A stretch of DNA of 64,000 nucleotides, taken from positions 32,001-96,000 of the forward strand of contig JAWOID010000071.1 of the NCBI GenBank assembly GCA_046484865.1, given 5' to 3'. Within the stretch, counting starts at the first letter, position 1. Each line of letters starts with the position of its first letter. This DNA comes from Candidatus Krumholzibacteriia bacterium. GTDB taxonomy: Bacteria > Krumholzibacteriota > Krumholzibacteriia > LZORAL124-64-63. Below, piece after piece: positions 56,321 to 64,000 of this stretch. The position numbers and the translations under genes are program-made. The notes beneath the pieces are model-generated. The model worked only from the letters and a program-made list of their open reading frames with translations. It had not been told where the DNA came from and ran no database searches.

Positions 56321-58408
56321 ATGACGTATCCGAGCATCGATCATCGCCGCGGACGATCGGGGCGCGTGCGCGCCGGCCGGGCCATCCTGCTGCTGCCGGT
56401 GCTGGCTCTGCTGCTCGCGCTGCCGGCGACCGCCGCGGCCGCACCCGCTCCCGACCCCGCGTCCGGGCCCGCCACGGACACCGCCATGCCCCGGCGTCCC
56501 GACGACGCCGCCGACCAGGTGGACGTCCGTGCCTTGATCGCCGCGGCGCCCGCGGCGGCCGATCTGCCGCGGGCCGACGCGGTGGACCTCCTCTGGCGCA
56601 CCACCTGGCACGTGGACGGCGACGGGCGGGTGACCCGCCGCGAGCACGTGGTGCGCAAGCTGTTCACGCCCTGGGCGGTGCGCAACCTGAGCGACCGCCG
56701 GGTGGCCTTCGATTCCGCGCGGCAGTCGCTCGCCGTGCCGGTCTGCCGCACGTTCATGAACGACGGCACCGTCGTCACGACGCCGCCGCGGGGCATCAAC
56801 GAGATCACCCCCGACGCGGTGGCCCGCGCCGCCGACTTCCTGGACGTGCGCGAGAGCGTCATCAGTCACGTGGGCACCGAACCCGGCTGCGTGACCGAGC
56901 TGATCTTCGAGGTGCGGGACCGCACGTCGCCGCCGCTGCCGGCGGGTGCCGTGCTGGATCTGGGCGGGCGCCACCCCGTCCTGAACCGGGAGGTGGTGGT
57001 GATTGCGCCGGGTGCCGTCCAGCACGCTTTGCTGGGCGCCGCCGGTCTCGGCGCCACGGCGGGGGTCTCGATCGAGGACGGAGTCACGCGACTGCGCTGC
57101 ACGGCCGTTGACGTGGCGGCCGTGCCCGACGAGGCGGGGTGGCTGGACCGGGGCGATGTCCTGCCCCGCCTGGTGGTGGCCACCGCGGCCGACTGGTCCG
57201 CACTCGTGAGTCGCTGGCGCGCCGCCGGCGCCGCCGCGCTCGGCGACACCACCGGCCTCGCGCGCTGGCTCCACGCCGCCGACCCCCAGGAGGAGACCGG
57301 CGGCGGGGACCTGCCCGCGGCACTGTCGCCGCTGGCGCCGGTGCGCCGTGCCGCCGAGGTGGCGGGCAAGCGTCTGGAGACGGTGGCGCCGCCCACCGGC
57401 ATCTGGTCGCGGTCGCCGCGACCGGTGGCGCGCGTGCTGGCGACGGGAGGCGGCACGGCTTGGGAGAAGAGCCTGGTGGCCACGGCGCTCCTGGAGTCGG
57501 CGGGGCAGGCGGCCGAAGTCGTTTTCTTCAGCCCCGGCGCCAGTTTCGCCGCCGAGGTGCCGGCGGCCGAGCAGTTCGTCCACGCCCGGGTGGTGACGCC
57601 GGCGGCCGGGGAGAACTGGTGGATCTCGACCACCGGCGGCGAGGCGCAGGCGGGCCGCTACGACCTGCCGGGCCGGACCGGCATCCTGCTCGAGCAGCCG
57701 TCTCTCGCCCCCAGCGGCGGCCATCGGCTCGACATCGGACAGCCCACGCCCGTGGACGTGCTCGTGACGGCGGTGCTCCGGCCTGCGGGAGCGAGCGGGG
57801 GCGGAGAGACGCTCACGTCGGACGAGTTGCCGTGGCGGGTCGATCTCGAGTACACAGCTTCCGGCGGCGGCTGGCCGGCCGGTGACACCCCGAGCAGCAT
57901 CGCGGAGCGGCTCGCATCGACCTGGCTGCACGGTTGCGAGGTCGACGCCGTGCACGAGCAGGAGGTCGTCGCCGGTGGCGGCGGCCGCGTGCGCGCGACG
58001 CTCCGTGGCGAAACCCCCGTCTCCCCGATCGACGCGTTTTACGAGCTGCCCCTGGCCGGCGGTCCGGCATCGCTGGCGGACCTCCTGCCGGCGGGATTCC
58101 GGGCCGAGCTGGCCGAGCGGCGCACACCGCTGCACGTGGAGCGACCGCTGTCCTGGGAGGTGCGTCTGCGGGTGGTCTTGCCCGACTCCCTCGCTGCCGA
58201 TCACGTGCCGTCGGCGCGTCGGCTGGAGGCGGCCGGCACCGGCTTCACCTGCAGCAGCAGTTTGGACGAGCACGGCTGCGAGGTCCGCGCACGCCTGGAG
58301 GTGCCGGCCGGCCCGGTCTCCCCGTCGGACTACCCTGCCTGGCGGGAGGTGATGCGCGAGCCACTGCTGCCCCGCAGCCAGAGGCTGGTGCTGGTGCACA
58401 CCCGCTAG
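56321..58408 (+). CDS. Secreted DUF3857 protein with degenerate (Cys-less) transglutaminase-like domain
   Basis: DUF3857-type N-terminus (TFMNDGT, GTEPGCVTEL). The active-site region reads GGGTAWEK. It starts 1 bp after the upstream stop. Confidence 0.72.
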   Translation: MTYPSIDHRRGRSGRVRAGRAILLLPVLALLLALPATAAAAPAPDPASGPATDTAMPRRPDDAADQVDVRALIAAAPAAADLPRADAVDLLWRTTWHVDGDGRVTRREHVVRKLFTPWAVRNLSDRRVAFDSARQSLAVPVCRTFMNDGTVVTTPPRGINEITPDAVARAADFLDVRESVISHVGTEPGCVTELIFEVRDRTSPPLPAGAVLDLGGRHPVLNREVVVIAPGAVQHALLGAAGLGATAGVSIEDGVTRLRCTAVDVAAVPDEAGWLDRGDVLPRLVVATAADWSALVSRWRAAGAAALGDTTGLARWLHAADPQEETGGGDLPAALSPLAPVRRAAEVAGKRLETVAPPTGIWSRSPRPVARVLATGGGTAWEKSLVATALLESAGQAAEVVFFSPGASFAAEVPAAEQFVHARVVTPAAGENWWISTTGGEAQAGRYDLPGRTGILLEQPSLAPSGGHRLDIGQPTPVDVLVTAVLRPAGASGGGETLTSDELPWRVDLEYTASGGGWPAGDTPSSIAERLASTWLHGCEVDAVHEQEVVAGGGGRVRATLRGETPVSPIDAFYELPLAGGPASLADLLPAGFRAELAERRTPLHVERPLSWEVRLRVVLPDSLAADHVPSARRLEAAGTGFTCSSSLDEHGCEVRARLEVPAGPVSPSDYPAWREVMREPLLPRSQRLVLVHTR

Positions 58409-58491
58409 CTCGCATGATCCTGAGCGGCCTGGAGATCCGGACCTCGACCCGCGCCGGCGAGGACCAGTCGTCCTCGCCGGCGCGGCCCGGC

Positions 58492-60186
58492 TCAGCGATC
58501 CACCGCCACGACCCGCCCGGTCGCCGGCACGAAGTAGGCCGTCGTCGTCCCGCTCCACCCCTGGCCGCGATCGAGTTGCACGCTGACGGCGAAGTACGGG
58601 TGGTCGGCGTCGATGTCCGTGAGCGCCGCGGCGGTGGCACCCGTCCCCAGCGGCACGCGAACGCCGTCCTGCTCCTGCCACGGCGTCCAGCGCCGCTCCT
58701 CGCGCCGGTGGTCTACGGCCGCCCAACGCACACGATAGCGCGTCCCCACCTCCGGATAGAGGTTCCGCTCCATGCCCAGATCCCGGAACACGACCGCATC
58801 GTCCGTCCACCGGAAGAAGTCGATCGGCGCCACCCGGTCGAACCAGGCGCGGGCCAGCTTGTCCCGGCGAGCCGCCAGGATCCGTACCATGTACTCCGCA
58901 GCCTCGGGTTGCCGGTAGCCGCCGGCGGCCACCGCCGCCCGCAAGTGATCGTCGTCGAACGCGGAGATCACCTTGGCCGCCCAGTAGCCGTCGCGGTCGG
59001 TGAGGTTGGCGAACGCGCTGTTGGGCATGGTCGGCTTCCACGCGAGCGGGTCCCAGAGCTCCACCTGCCAGAACCCCACCTCCGGCAGGTCGGCCGGACG
59101 GCGCAGCTGGATCCAGGCGGGCATCCTCAGCCCCAGCCCCAGCGTGCGCCCGATGAAGACTCCCGGGTCGAACACGTACTCGAAACCGAAGCGCAGGATG
59201 TAGACGCCCGCCTGCGCGCCGAGCGTCGAGGCGAAGTCGATGAGGTGATGCACCACGTGACCCTCGCCCGGCTCGCCCACGTAGACGTCCAGGCTGTTGT
59301 GCATCTTGGTGTCGACGTGGTCCGTCCAGGCGGCGAACAGGCGCAGTGCCCGCAGGGAGCGGCGATGCTGGTGTGCGACGCGGTCGTTGGGGTCGTCCGA
59401 CCTCGTACCCATGGCATCGAAGGGCCCGATGATCTCGCCGTCCAGGAAGCGGCTCACCAGCGCCTGGTAGCGGCCGGCGCGGAACGCGTTCGCGGCCGTG
59501 AGCAACGAGTCGAGACGCGTCTCCGTCAGCTCGAATTCACCGCCGGCGCGGGCGCGCAGCACCAACCCGGGCGTCACCTGCAGCTGTTCGCGCCGGAAGC
59601 TGACCGCGTGGTCCTGAGGCACGTTGTAGCCGATGGCGTGGAAGAGACGCGAGGTCACCGGCGCCGCGCGGGTGGACAGCTCGGGGTACAGCGGCTCGTC
59701 GAACTTCATCAGGAAGCGGGTGCCCTGCACGTCCTCGATGACGAAACCCAGCGAGACGCCGGCCGACTTCGCCTGGACCACCCGCCAGGGGCCGCTGCAG
59801 TCCGGCCCCTCGCCGCCGGGTCCCGCCATCACCTCCGCCTCCGTCATCGGATACAGGCCGATGCGGTTGGTGAACCAGGTCGAGTCCATCACCTCGTCCA
59901 GGCTGTTCACGTCGGCCGCGGGGGGCGCGGGATCGGCCCCGAACAGGGCGCGCAGCCAGCGGCCGGGATCGAGCAGCCGACTGAGCGGACGCGAAAAGTT
60001 CGCGTCGATTCCGTACGCCAGCAGCGCCGGCTCATGCGGCTCCGGCACCGGGATCGCCGCGCGATCGTCCTCGACCCAGTGGGGGTGATCGTCGGCCAGC
60101 GGTTCGCGCGCGGTCGCCGGCTCGCCGCAGGCCAGCAGCAGAAGCGACCCCGTGACCGCCGCCAGCCGGGCAGCGATCACAGGCAC
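58492..60186 (-). CDS. Hypothetical lipoprotein with atypical protein-kinase-like motifs
   Basis: LLLLAC lipobox, AKSAGVSLGF, FLMKFD, PEL, HVDTKMHN and LIDFAS. GTG start at 60186 or 60180. Confidence 0.65.
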   Translation of the reverse strand: MPVIAARLAAVTGSLLLLACGEPATAREPLADDHPHWVEDDRAAIPVPEPHEPALLAYGIDANFSRPLSRLLDPGRWLRALFGADPAPPAADVNSLDEVMDSTWFTNRIGLYPMTEAEVMAGPGGEGPDCSGPWRVVQAKSAGVSLGFVIEDVQGTRFLMKFDEPLYPELSTRAAPVTSRLFHAIGYNVPQDHAVSFRREQLQVTPGLVLRARAGGEFELTETRLDSLLTAANAFRAGRYQALVSRFLDGEIIGPFDAMGTRSDDPNDRVAHQHRRSLRALRLFAAWTDHVDTKMHNSLDVYVGEPGEGHVVHHLIDFASTLGAQAGVYILRFGFEYVFDPGVFIGRTLGLGLRMPAWIQLRRPADLPEVGFWQVELWDPLAWKPTMPNSAFANLTDRDGYWAAKVISAFDDDHLRAAVAAGGYRQPEAAEYMVRILAARRDKLARAWFDRVAPIDFFRWTDDAVVFRDLGMERNLYPEVGTRYRVRWAAVDHRREERRWTPWQEQDGVRVPLGTGATAAALTDIDADHPYFAVSVQLDRGQGWSGTTTAYFVPATGRVVAVDR

Positions 60187-60217
60187 TCCGGGCGCTCGCC
60201 GGCGGCGGCGTCGTGTC

Positions 60218-61798
60218 TCACCAGCTCGGTACCGGGATCTCACCACGGAAGATGCCTGCCTGCTCGTGCTGGAATGGTTGGTTGAAGGCGAGCCGGAACA
60301 CGGGGCTCTCGTCACTCACGCCCAGTTCCAGCCGCAGGGCGAAGCCGCCGCCCGGACCGATGGCCCGCAGCCCGAAGCCGCCGCTGTGCCGCAGGTGCGC
60401 CAGCGCGATCTCGTCCAGTCCATCGTAGATCTGCCCCACGTCGTAGAAGAGGTAGGCGTCCAGCCCCACGTCCGTGGGGGCAGCGATGGAGTAGACCGGC
60501 CAGCGGTACTCGAGATTGCCGCCCATGATCCCCTCGCCGGTGAAGCGAGAGCCCGGATACCCGCGCAGGAAGTCGGGCTCCCGAGACGAGACCAGCCGCT
60601 GGAACGGGACCGGTTCCGAACCCACGTTCGCGATCCGGGTGGTGAATACCCGGGCGGCGACAGTGCGCAGGGGATGCAGGACCATGAAGTACTGCTGCAC
60701 GTCCACCCGCAGGGTCCAGAACTCGACGTCGTTCCCGTCGGTGTCCTGGAAGCGGTCGATGCCGGCGAAGCGCACGTTGCCGCCGCCGGGCCGGCCGGTC
60801 TCGAGGGTGGTGTCGTGCGTGAGCCACAGCGACAGGTTCCACCCTTTCGAACCGGCGCCGAAACCGGGCGGCAGGTTGCCGGCGTGGACGTCCTCGAGAG
60901 CCCCGCGGACATCGTCCGTCATCTCGCTCGGCATGGCCCGGGCCATGCTGTACGCGGCGCGCAGACCGACCACGACCCCGTCCCCCACCAGGCGGCGGGT
61001 CTGCAACCCGCCCCACTCGACGGTGCGCAGGAAGTAGGACTTGCCGCTCCGCTGCGAGTCCCAGCCGAGCCCGTAGAACTCGGCCCCCTGGTTCTTGTCC
61101 TGCCCACCACCGAGTTCGAGGAACTGACGGGCGTCCAGCCGGATGCGCACGCCTGCGTTCAGATCTCGGGCCTGGCGCGTACTCAGCGATCCCGCCACGC
61201 GCAGGCGCCCGTCCCGCCCGAGGAAGTGCGGCCGGTAAAGCACCAGCCCACCTTCCCACCCGCGGGCCTCGCTGAGCGCGACGGTGGGCTGCACGTAGCT
61301 GTCGAACGGCCCCGGGACGCCGTCCACGAGCTGCCTGACCGCGTTGAACACGCCGGAGCGACCCGCTTCCACCGCCGTGCTCTTGACGAGCCAGTTCATG
61401 CCGCGCAGCGGCCAGCCGAGCACGTGGTACGGCACCCGGACGGCGCGCTCCCAGAGCGGTCGCGACGGATCCTGGAGGACCACCGGGCGAGTCTCCGGCC
61501 GTGCCGGCAACGGTCCCCAGGCCGAGGGCCGCGAGCGCAGCGAGGAATCTGCCGCGCTCAGTGCGTGGCGATCCGGGCCGGGCTCGTTCAGAACCGGCGC
61601 GGGAGGATCCGGCTGCGCGGCCCGCCGCGCGAGGACTCCCTCGTCGGAGGCCGCCGCGACGGCCGGCATGGCGACCCCCGCCAGCTGTGGCAGGAGGACC
61701 ACCATCAGCAGCAGAAACGTGGCGACGACGACATCCGTGACATCCGTCGGTTCTGGGCGTCGCGGCCGGACGCGGCGGAGGCGAGGAGTTCGAGGCAT
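60218..61798 (-). CDS. Omp85/BamA-TamA-family outer-membrane barrel without obvious POTRA domains
   Basis: Signal segment, FYGLG, FLRGY..RF and NLEYRW, FYDVGQ and GGFGLR. Confidence 0.82.
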   Translation of the reverse strand: MPRTPRLRRVRPRRPEPTDVTDVVVATFLLLMVVLLPQLAGVAMPAVAAASDEGVLARRAAQPDPPAPVLNEPGPDRHALSAADSSLRSRPSAWGPLPARPETRPVVLQDPSRPLWERAVRVPYHVLGWPLRGMNWLVKSTAVEAGRSGVFNAVRQLVDGVPGPFDSYVQPTVALSEARGWEGGLVLYRPHFLGRDGRLRVAGSLSTRQARDLNAGVRIRLDARQFLELGGGQDKNQGAEFYGLGWDSQRSGKSYFLRTVEWGGLQTRRLVGDGVVVGLRAAYSMARAMPSEMTDDVRGALEDVHAGNLPPGFGAGSKGWNLSLWLTHDTTLETGRPGGGNVRFAGIDRFQDTDGNDVEFWTLRVDVQQYFMVLHPLRTVAARVFTTRIANVGSEPVPFQRLVSSREPDFLRGYPGSRFTGEGIMGGNLEYRWPVYSIAAPTDVGLDAYLFYDVGQIYDGLDEIALAHLRHSGGFGLRAIGPGGGFALRLELGVSDESPVFRLAFNQPFQHEQAGIFRGEIPVPSW

Positions 61799-61854
61799 TC
61801 GCTGCTGTCCTAAGGTTCTGGGGCATACGGCCTGGCCGCCGCAAGTTCCCGGCT

Positions 61855-62781
61855 TCAGGCCGTCACGGGGCTCACGAACCCGGCCGGCTTCACCGCGAGC
61901 ACGGACGCGTCGATGTACTGCAGCACCGTCTCGGCGGTATTGCCGACGAGCAGGCCGGCGACACCGGTGCGGCTGACCGTCCCCATGACCACCACCTCGC
62001 TGTGCTGGTCACCGGCCACCTGGGCGACGGCGAGTCCCGCGGCGCCGCCGGGAAGATGGATCCTGACCTTCAGGCCGTTCAGGTCGTGCTCGTCGAGTAG
62101 CGCCTGCAGGCGTTCCCGGGCCCGCTCGTGCGCCTCGGCATTCCACTGCTCCATCACGCGCCGAGGTACCCGCGCCGAGTGCGGCATCTTCTGCCAGGCG
62201 TGCACCACGTCCAGCTCGCCGTCGTACATCCGGGCCAGCGACGAGCCCATTTCCAGGATCCGCCGGTCCAGATCGTCGCCGGCAGGATCCTCATCCGGCG
62301 GATCCACGGCCGCGAGCACGCAGCAGCGCCGCCGGCTCCGGGAGGGATGCACCGCCCAGATGGGGCACGGGCACTTGCGAATGAGGTGACGGGTGGTGCT
62401 TCCGAACAGATGCTGCTTCAGCCCGGAGTTCCCCTCCGTGGTCAGGAGCACCAGGTCGTGACCGTTGCGGATGACCTCCCGCGTCACGACCAGGAAGGGG
62501 TTGCCGGCGAGCACCCGCGTCTGCACCCGGACACCCTGCTCGCTCAGGGGCGTAGCCAGCTTCTCGAGAGCCGCGGCCCGGTCCTCGATCAGCAGCCGGC
62601 GCAGATCGATCTCTTCACCGCCCGCCCGCACCGCAGGCAGCGATTCCACCTCCTCCTCCAACACCTCGACCACGGTCAACATCGCCCCGTTGCGCCTGGC
62701 GAGGTCGGTGGCACGATCAAGGGCCTTCCGCCCGCGCGGCGTCCTGTCCTGCAGCAGCAGGATGTTGCGGAATCTCTGCAT
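61855..62781 (-). CDS. Tandem universal stress protein (UspE-like)
   Basis: FGSTTRHLIRKCPCPIW and VMGTVSRTGVAGLLVGNTAE..L...SVLAVKP. Confidence 0.92.
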   Translation of the reverse strand: MQRFRNILLLQDRTPRGRKALDRATDLARRNGAMLTVVEVLEEEVESLPAVRAGGEEIDLRRLLIEDRAAALEKLATPLSEQGVRVQTRVLAGNPFLVVTREVIRNGHDLVLLTTEGNSGLKQHLFGSTTRHLIRKCPCPIWAVHPSRSRRRCCVLAAVDPPDEDPAGDDLDRRILEMGSSLARMYDGELDVVHAWQKMPHSARVPRRVMEQWNAEAHERARERLQALLDEHDLNGLKVRIHLPGGAAGLAVAQVAGDQHSEVVVMGTVSRTGVAGLLVGNTAETVLQYIDASVLAVKPAGFVSPVTA

Positions 62782-63098
62782 TTCGCGCTCCTGCCTCGCC
62801 GATCGCCGCCGCTCCGCTCCCGAGAGGACAACCGGCGCCATTGCATGAAATTGAGCGTGGCGACCCCGCCCGCGGGTAACGGCAAGATACGATCGATCGG
62901 GGATTCGACAATCGCTTCCGATCCGTCGATGTTCAGGGAGCATCGGCCGCTGCAGCCCGCGTTGCCGGGGCCGCCCGCGCCGACGGCCGCCGTGTTCGTG
63001 AAGGCCGGTCCTGCGACAACATCTCGCACCCCACGCGCGACGGGCCCCCGCAGCCACTGTCGCGGGGGCCCGTCTCTTCACACCCGGCGCCTCCGCCG

Positions 63099-63494
63099 TC
63101 AGGCCGGCAGCACCCGCGCCTTGTAGCCGTACTGCAGCACCTCCCAGTCGCGGCCGGAGCGCAGCTTGCGGAACACCAGTTCCACCGGCGTGCCGATCTT
63201 CACCTCGTCCGGCGGCGCCTCGGCCACCATGCAGGTGAGCCGCACGCCGTTCTCCAGCTCCACGACGGCGTTCACGTACGGCTTCTGGTCCTCGAAGTCG
63301 GCCGGCGGGATCCAGCAGATCGTGAACGTGACCACCTTGCCGCGGCTCGGCAGGGTCACCGTCTCGAACGCGTCGGCGCCGCAGGAACGGCACACCGCCC
63401 GCGGCGGGAAGTGGATCTGATCGCAGGCGGTGCACTTCCCCGCCTCGAGGCGGTAGCGCTGCGGTATCTCACGATGGTAACGCGGGGAGATCAT
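63099..63494 (-). CDS. DUF35 Zn-ribbon / OB-fold protein
   Basis: [18 protein letters not shown]...PPRAVCRSC, then an OB-fold and YGYK. ATGA overlap with the thiolase. Confidence 0.9.
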   Translation of the reverse strand: MISPRYHREIPQRYRLEAGKCTACDQIHFPPRAVCRSCGADAFETVTLPSRGKVVTFTICWIPPADFEDQKPYVNAVVELENGVRLTCMVAEAPPDEVKIGTPVELVFRKLRSGRDWEVLQYGYKARVLPA

Positions 63495-64000
63495 CTCTCC
63501 ACCTCCAGGATGTGCACGGTACAGCTGCCGCCGCTGCCCCCCATGTTCTGCGCCAGGGCGCGACGGGCGTCCTTCACCTGCCGCTCTCCGGAACGGCCCA
63601 CGAGCTGGTCGTAGATCTCCACCAGCTGCGCCACTCCGGTCGCGCCCACGGGATGCCCCTTGCTCTTGAGTCCGCCGGACGGGTTCACCGGCAGGCTGCC
63701 GCCCAGCGCGGTCTCGCCCTGCACCGTGGCCGTTCCCGCCTGGCCCGGCTCGTAGAAGCCCAGTTCCTCGAGCACGACCAGTTCCGCGATGGTGAAGCAG
63801 TCGTGCACCTCGCAGAAGTCGATGTCCCGCGGCCCGAGCCCGCACTGGTGGAACGCCTTCTGGGCCGCGCGGTGCACCACCGGGATGCGCGACAGATCCT
63901 TGCGGTCGTGCAGCGCGATGCTGTCGGTGGCGTGGCCGCTGGCCAGCACCCGCACGATCGGTTTCTTCAGCTCCCGCGCCAGCTCCACCGGGGCGAGCAG
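63491..64000 (-). CDS. Archaeal/SCP2-type thiolase, C-terminal part (runs off the window)
   Basis: [27 protein letters not shown] and AQNMGGSG. Confidence 0.88.
   Translation of the reverse strand: MLAPVELARELKKPIVRVLASGHATDSIALHDRKDLSRIPVVHRAAQKAFHQCGLGPRDIDFCEVHDCFTIAELVVLEELGFYEPGQAGTATVQGETALGGSLPVNPSGGLKSKGHPVGATGVAQLVEIYDQLVGRSGERQVKDARRALAQNMGGSGGSCTVHILEVER

Overview
A gene-dense, very GC-rich bacterial chromosomal window with about 45 protein-coding genes. I see no rRNA, tRNA, CRISPR array or transposase. Three secreted enzymes end in PNPFNP/FlgD-Ig C-terminal domains, there is a gingipain, and there are several Omp85 barrels. Together these suggest a diderm FCB-superphylum lineage such as Krumholzibacteriota or Latescibacterota (inference only). 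Central metabolism: fadN-fadA-fadE beta-oxidation operon with a clear sigma70 promoter and a Bacillus-type FadR operator, a divergent TetR/FadR gene, heterodimeric methylmalonyl-CoA mutase mutAB plus a displaced meaB, a phosphohexomutase, RlmI, Dus, and an archaeal-type thiolase/DUF35 pair at the right edge. Many secreted peptidases are present (C1, M28, M14, M1, C25, and a gluzincin fused to Omp85). The strongest candidates for undescribed systems are: (1) a POTRA-less Omp85 barrel co-transcribed with a lipoprotein carrying atypical protein-kinase motifs (58.5-61.8 kb); (2) an orphan MotA/ExbB-like plus MotB-like pair whose B subunit has a long coiled coil and an ExbD-like tip instead of an OmpA domain (2.8-4.8 kb); (3) a divergent nucleotidyltransferase / metallophosphoesterase pair with EcsC and DUF2780 (7.6-10.7 kb); (4) a HExxH peptidase-PD40-Omp85 fusion. 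A perfect 34-bp CTAG-ended palindrome sits on the mutB stop codon, at one edge of a 12-kb block that separates mutB from meaB. All family calls come from motif recognition by eye; no database search was run.
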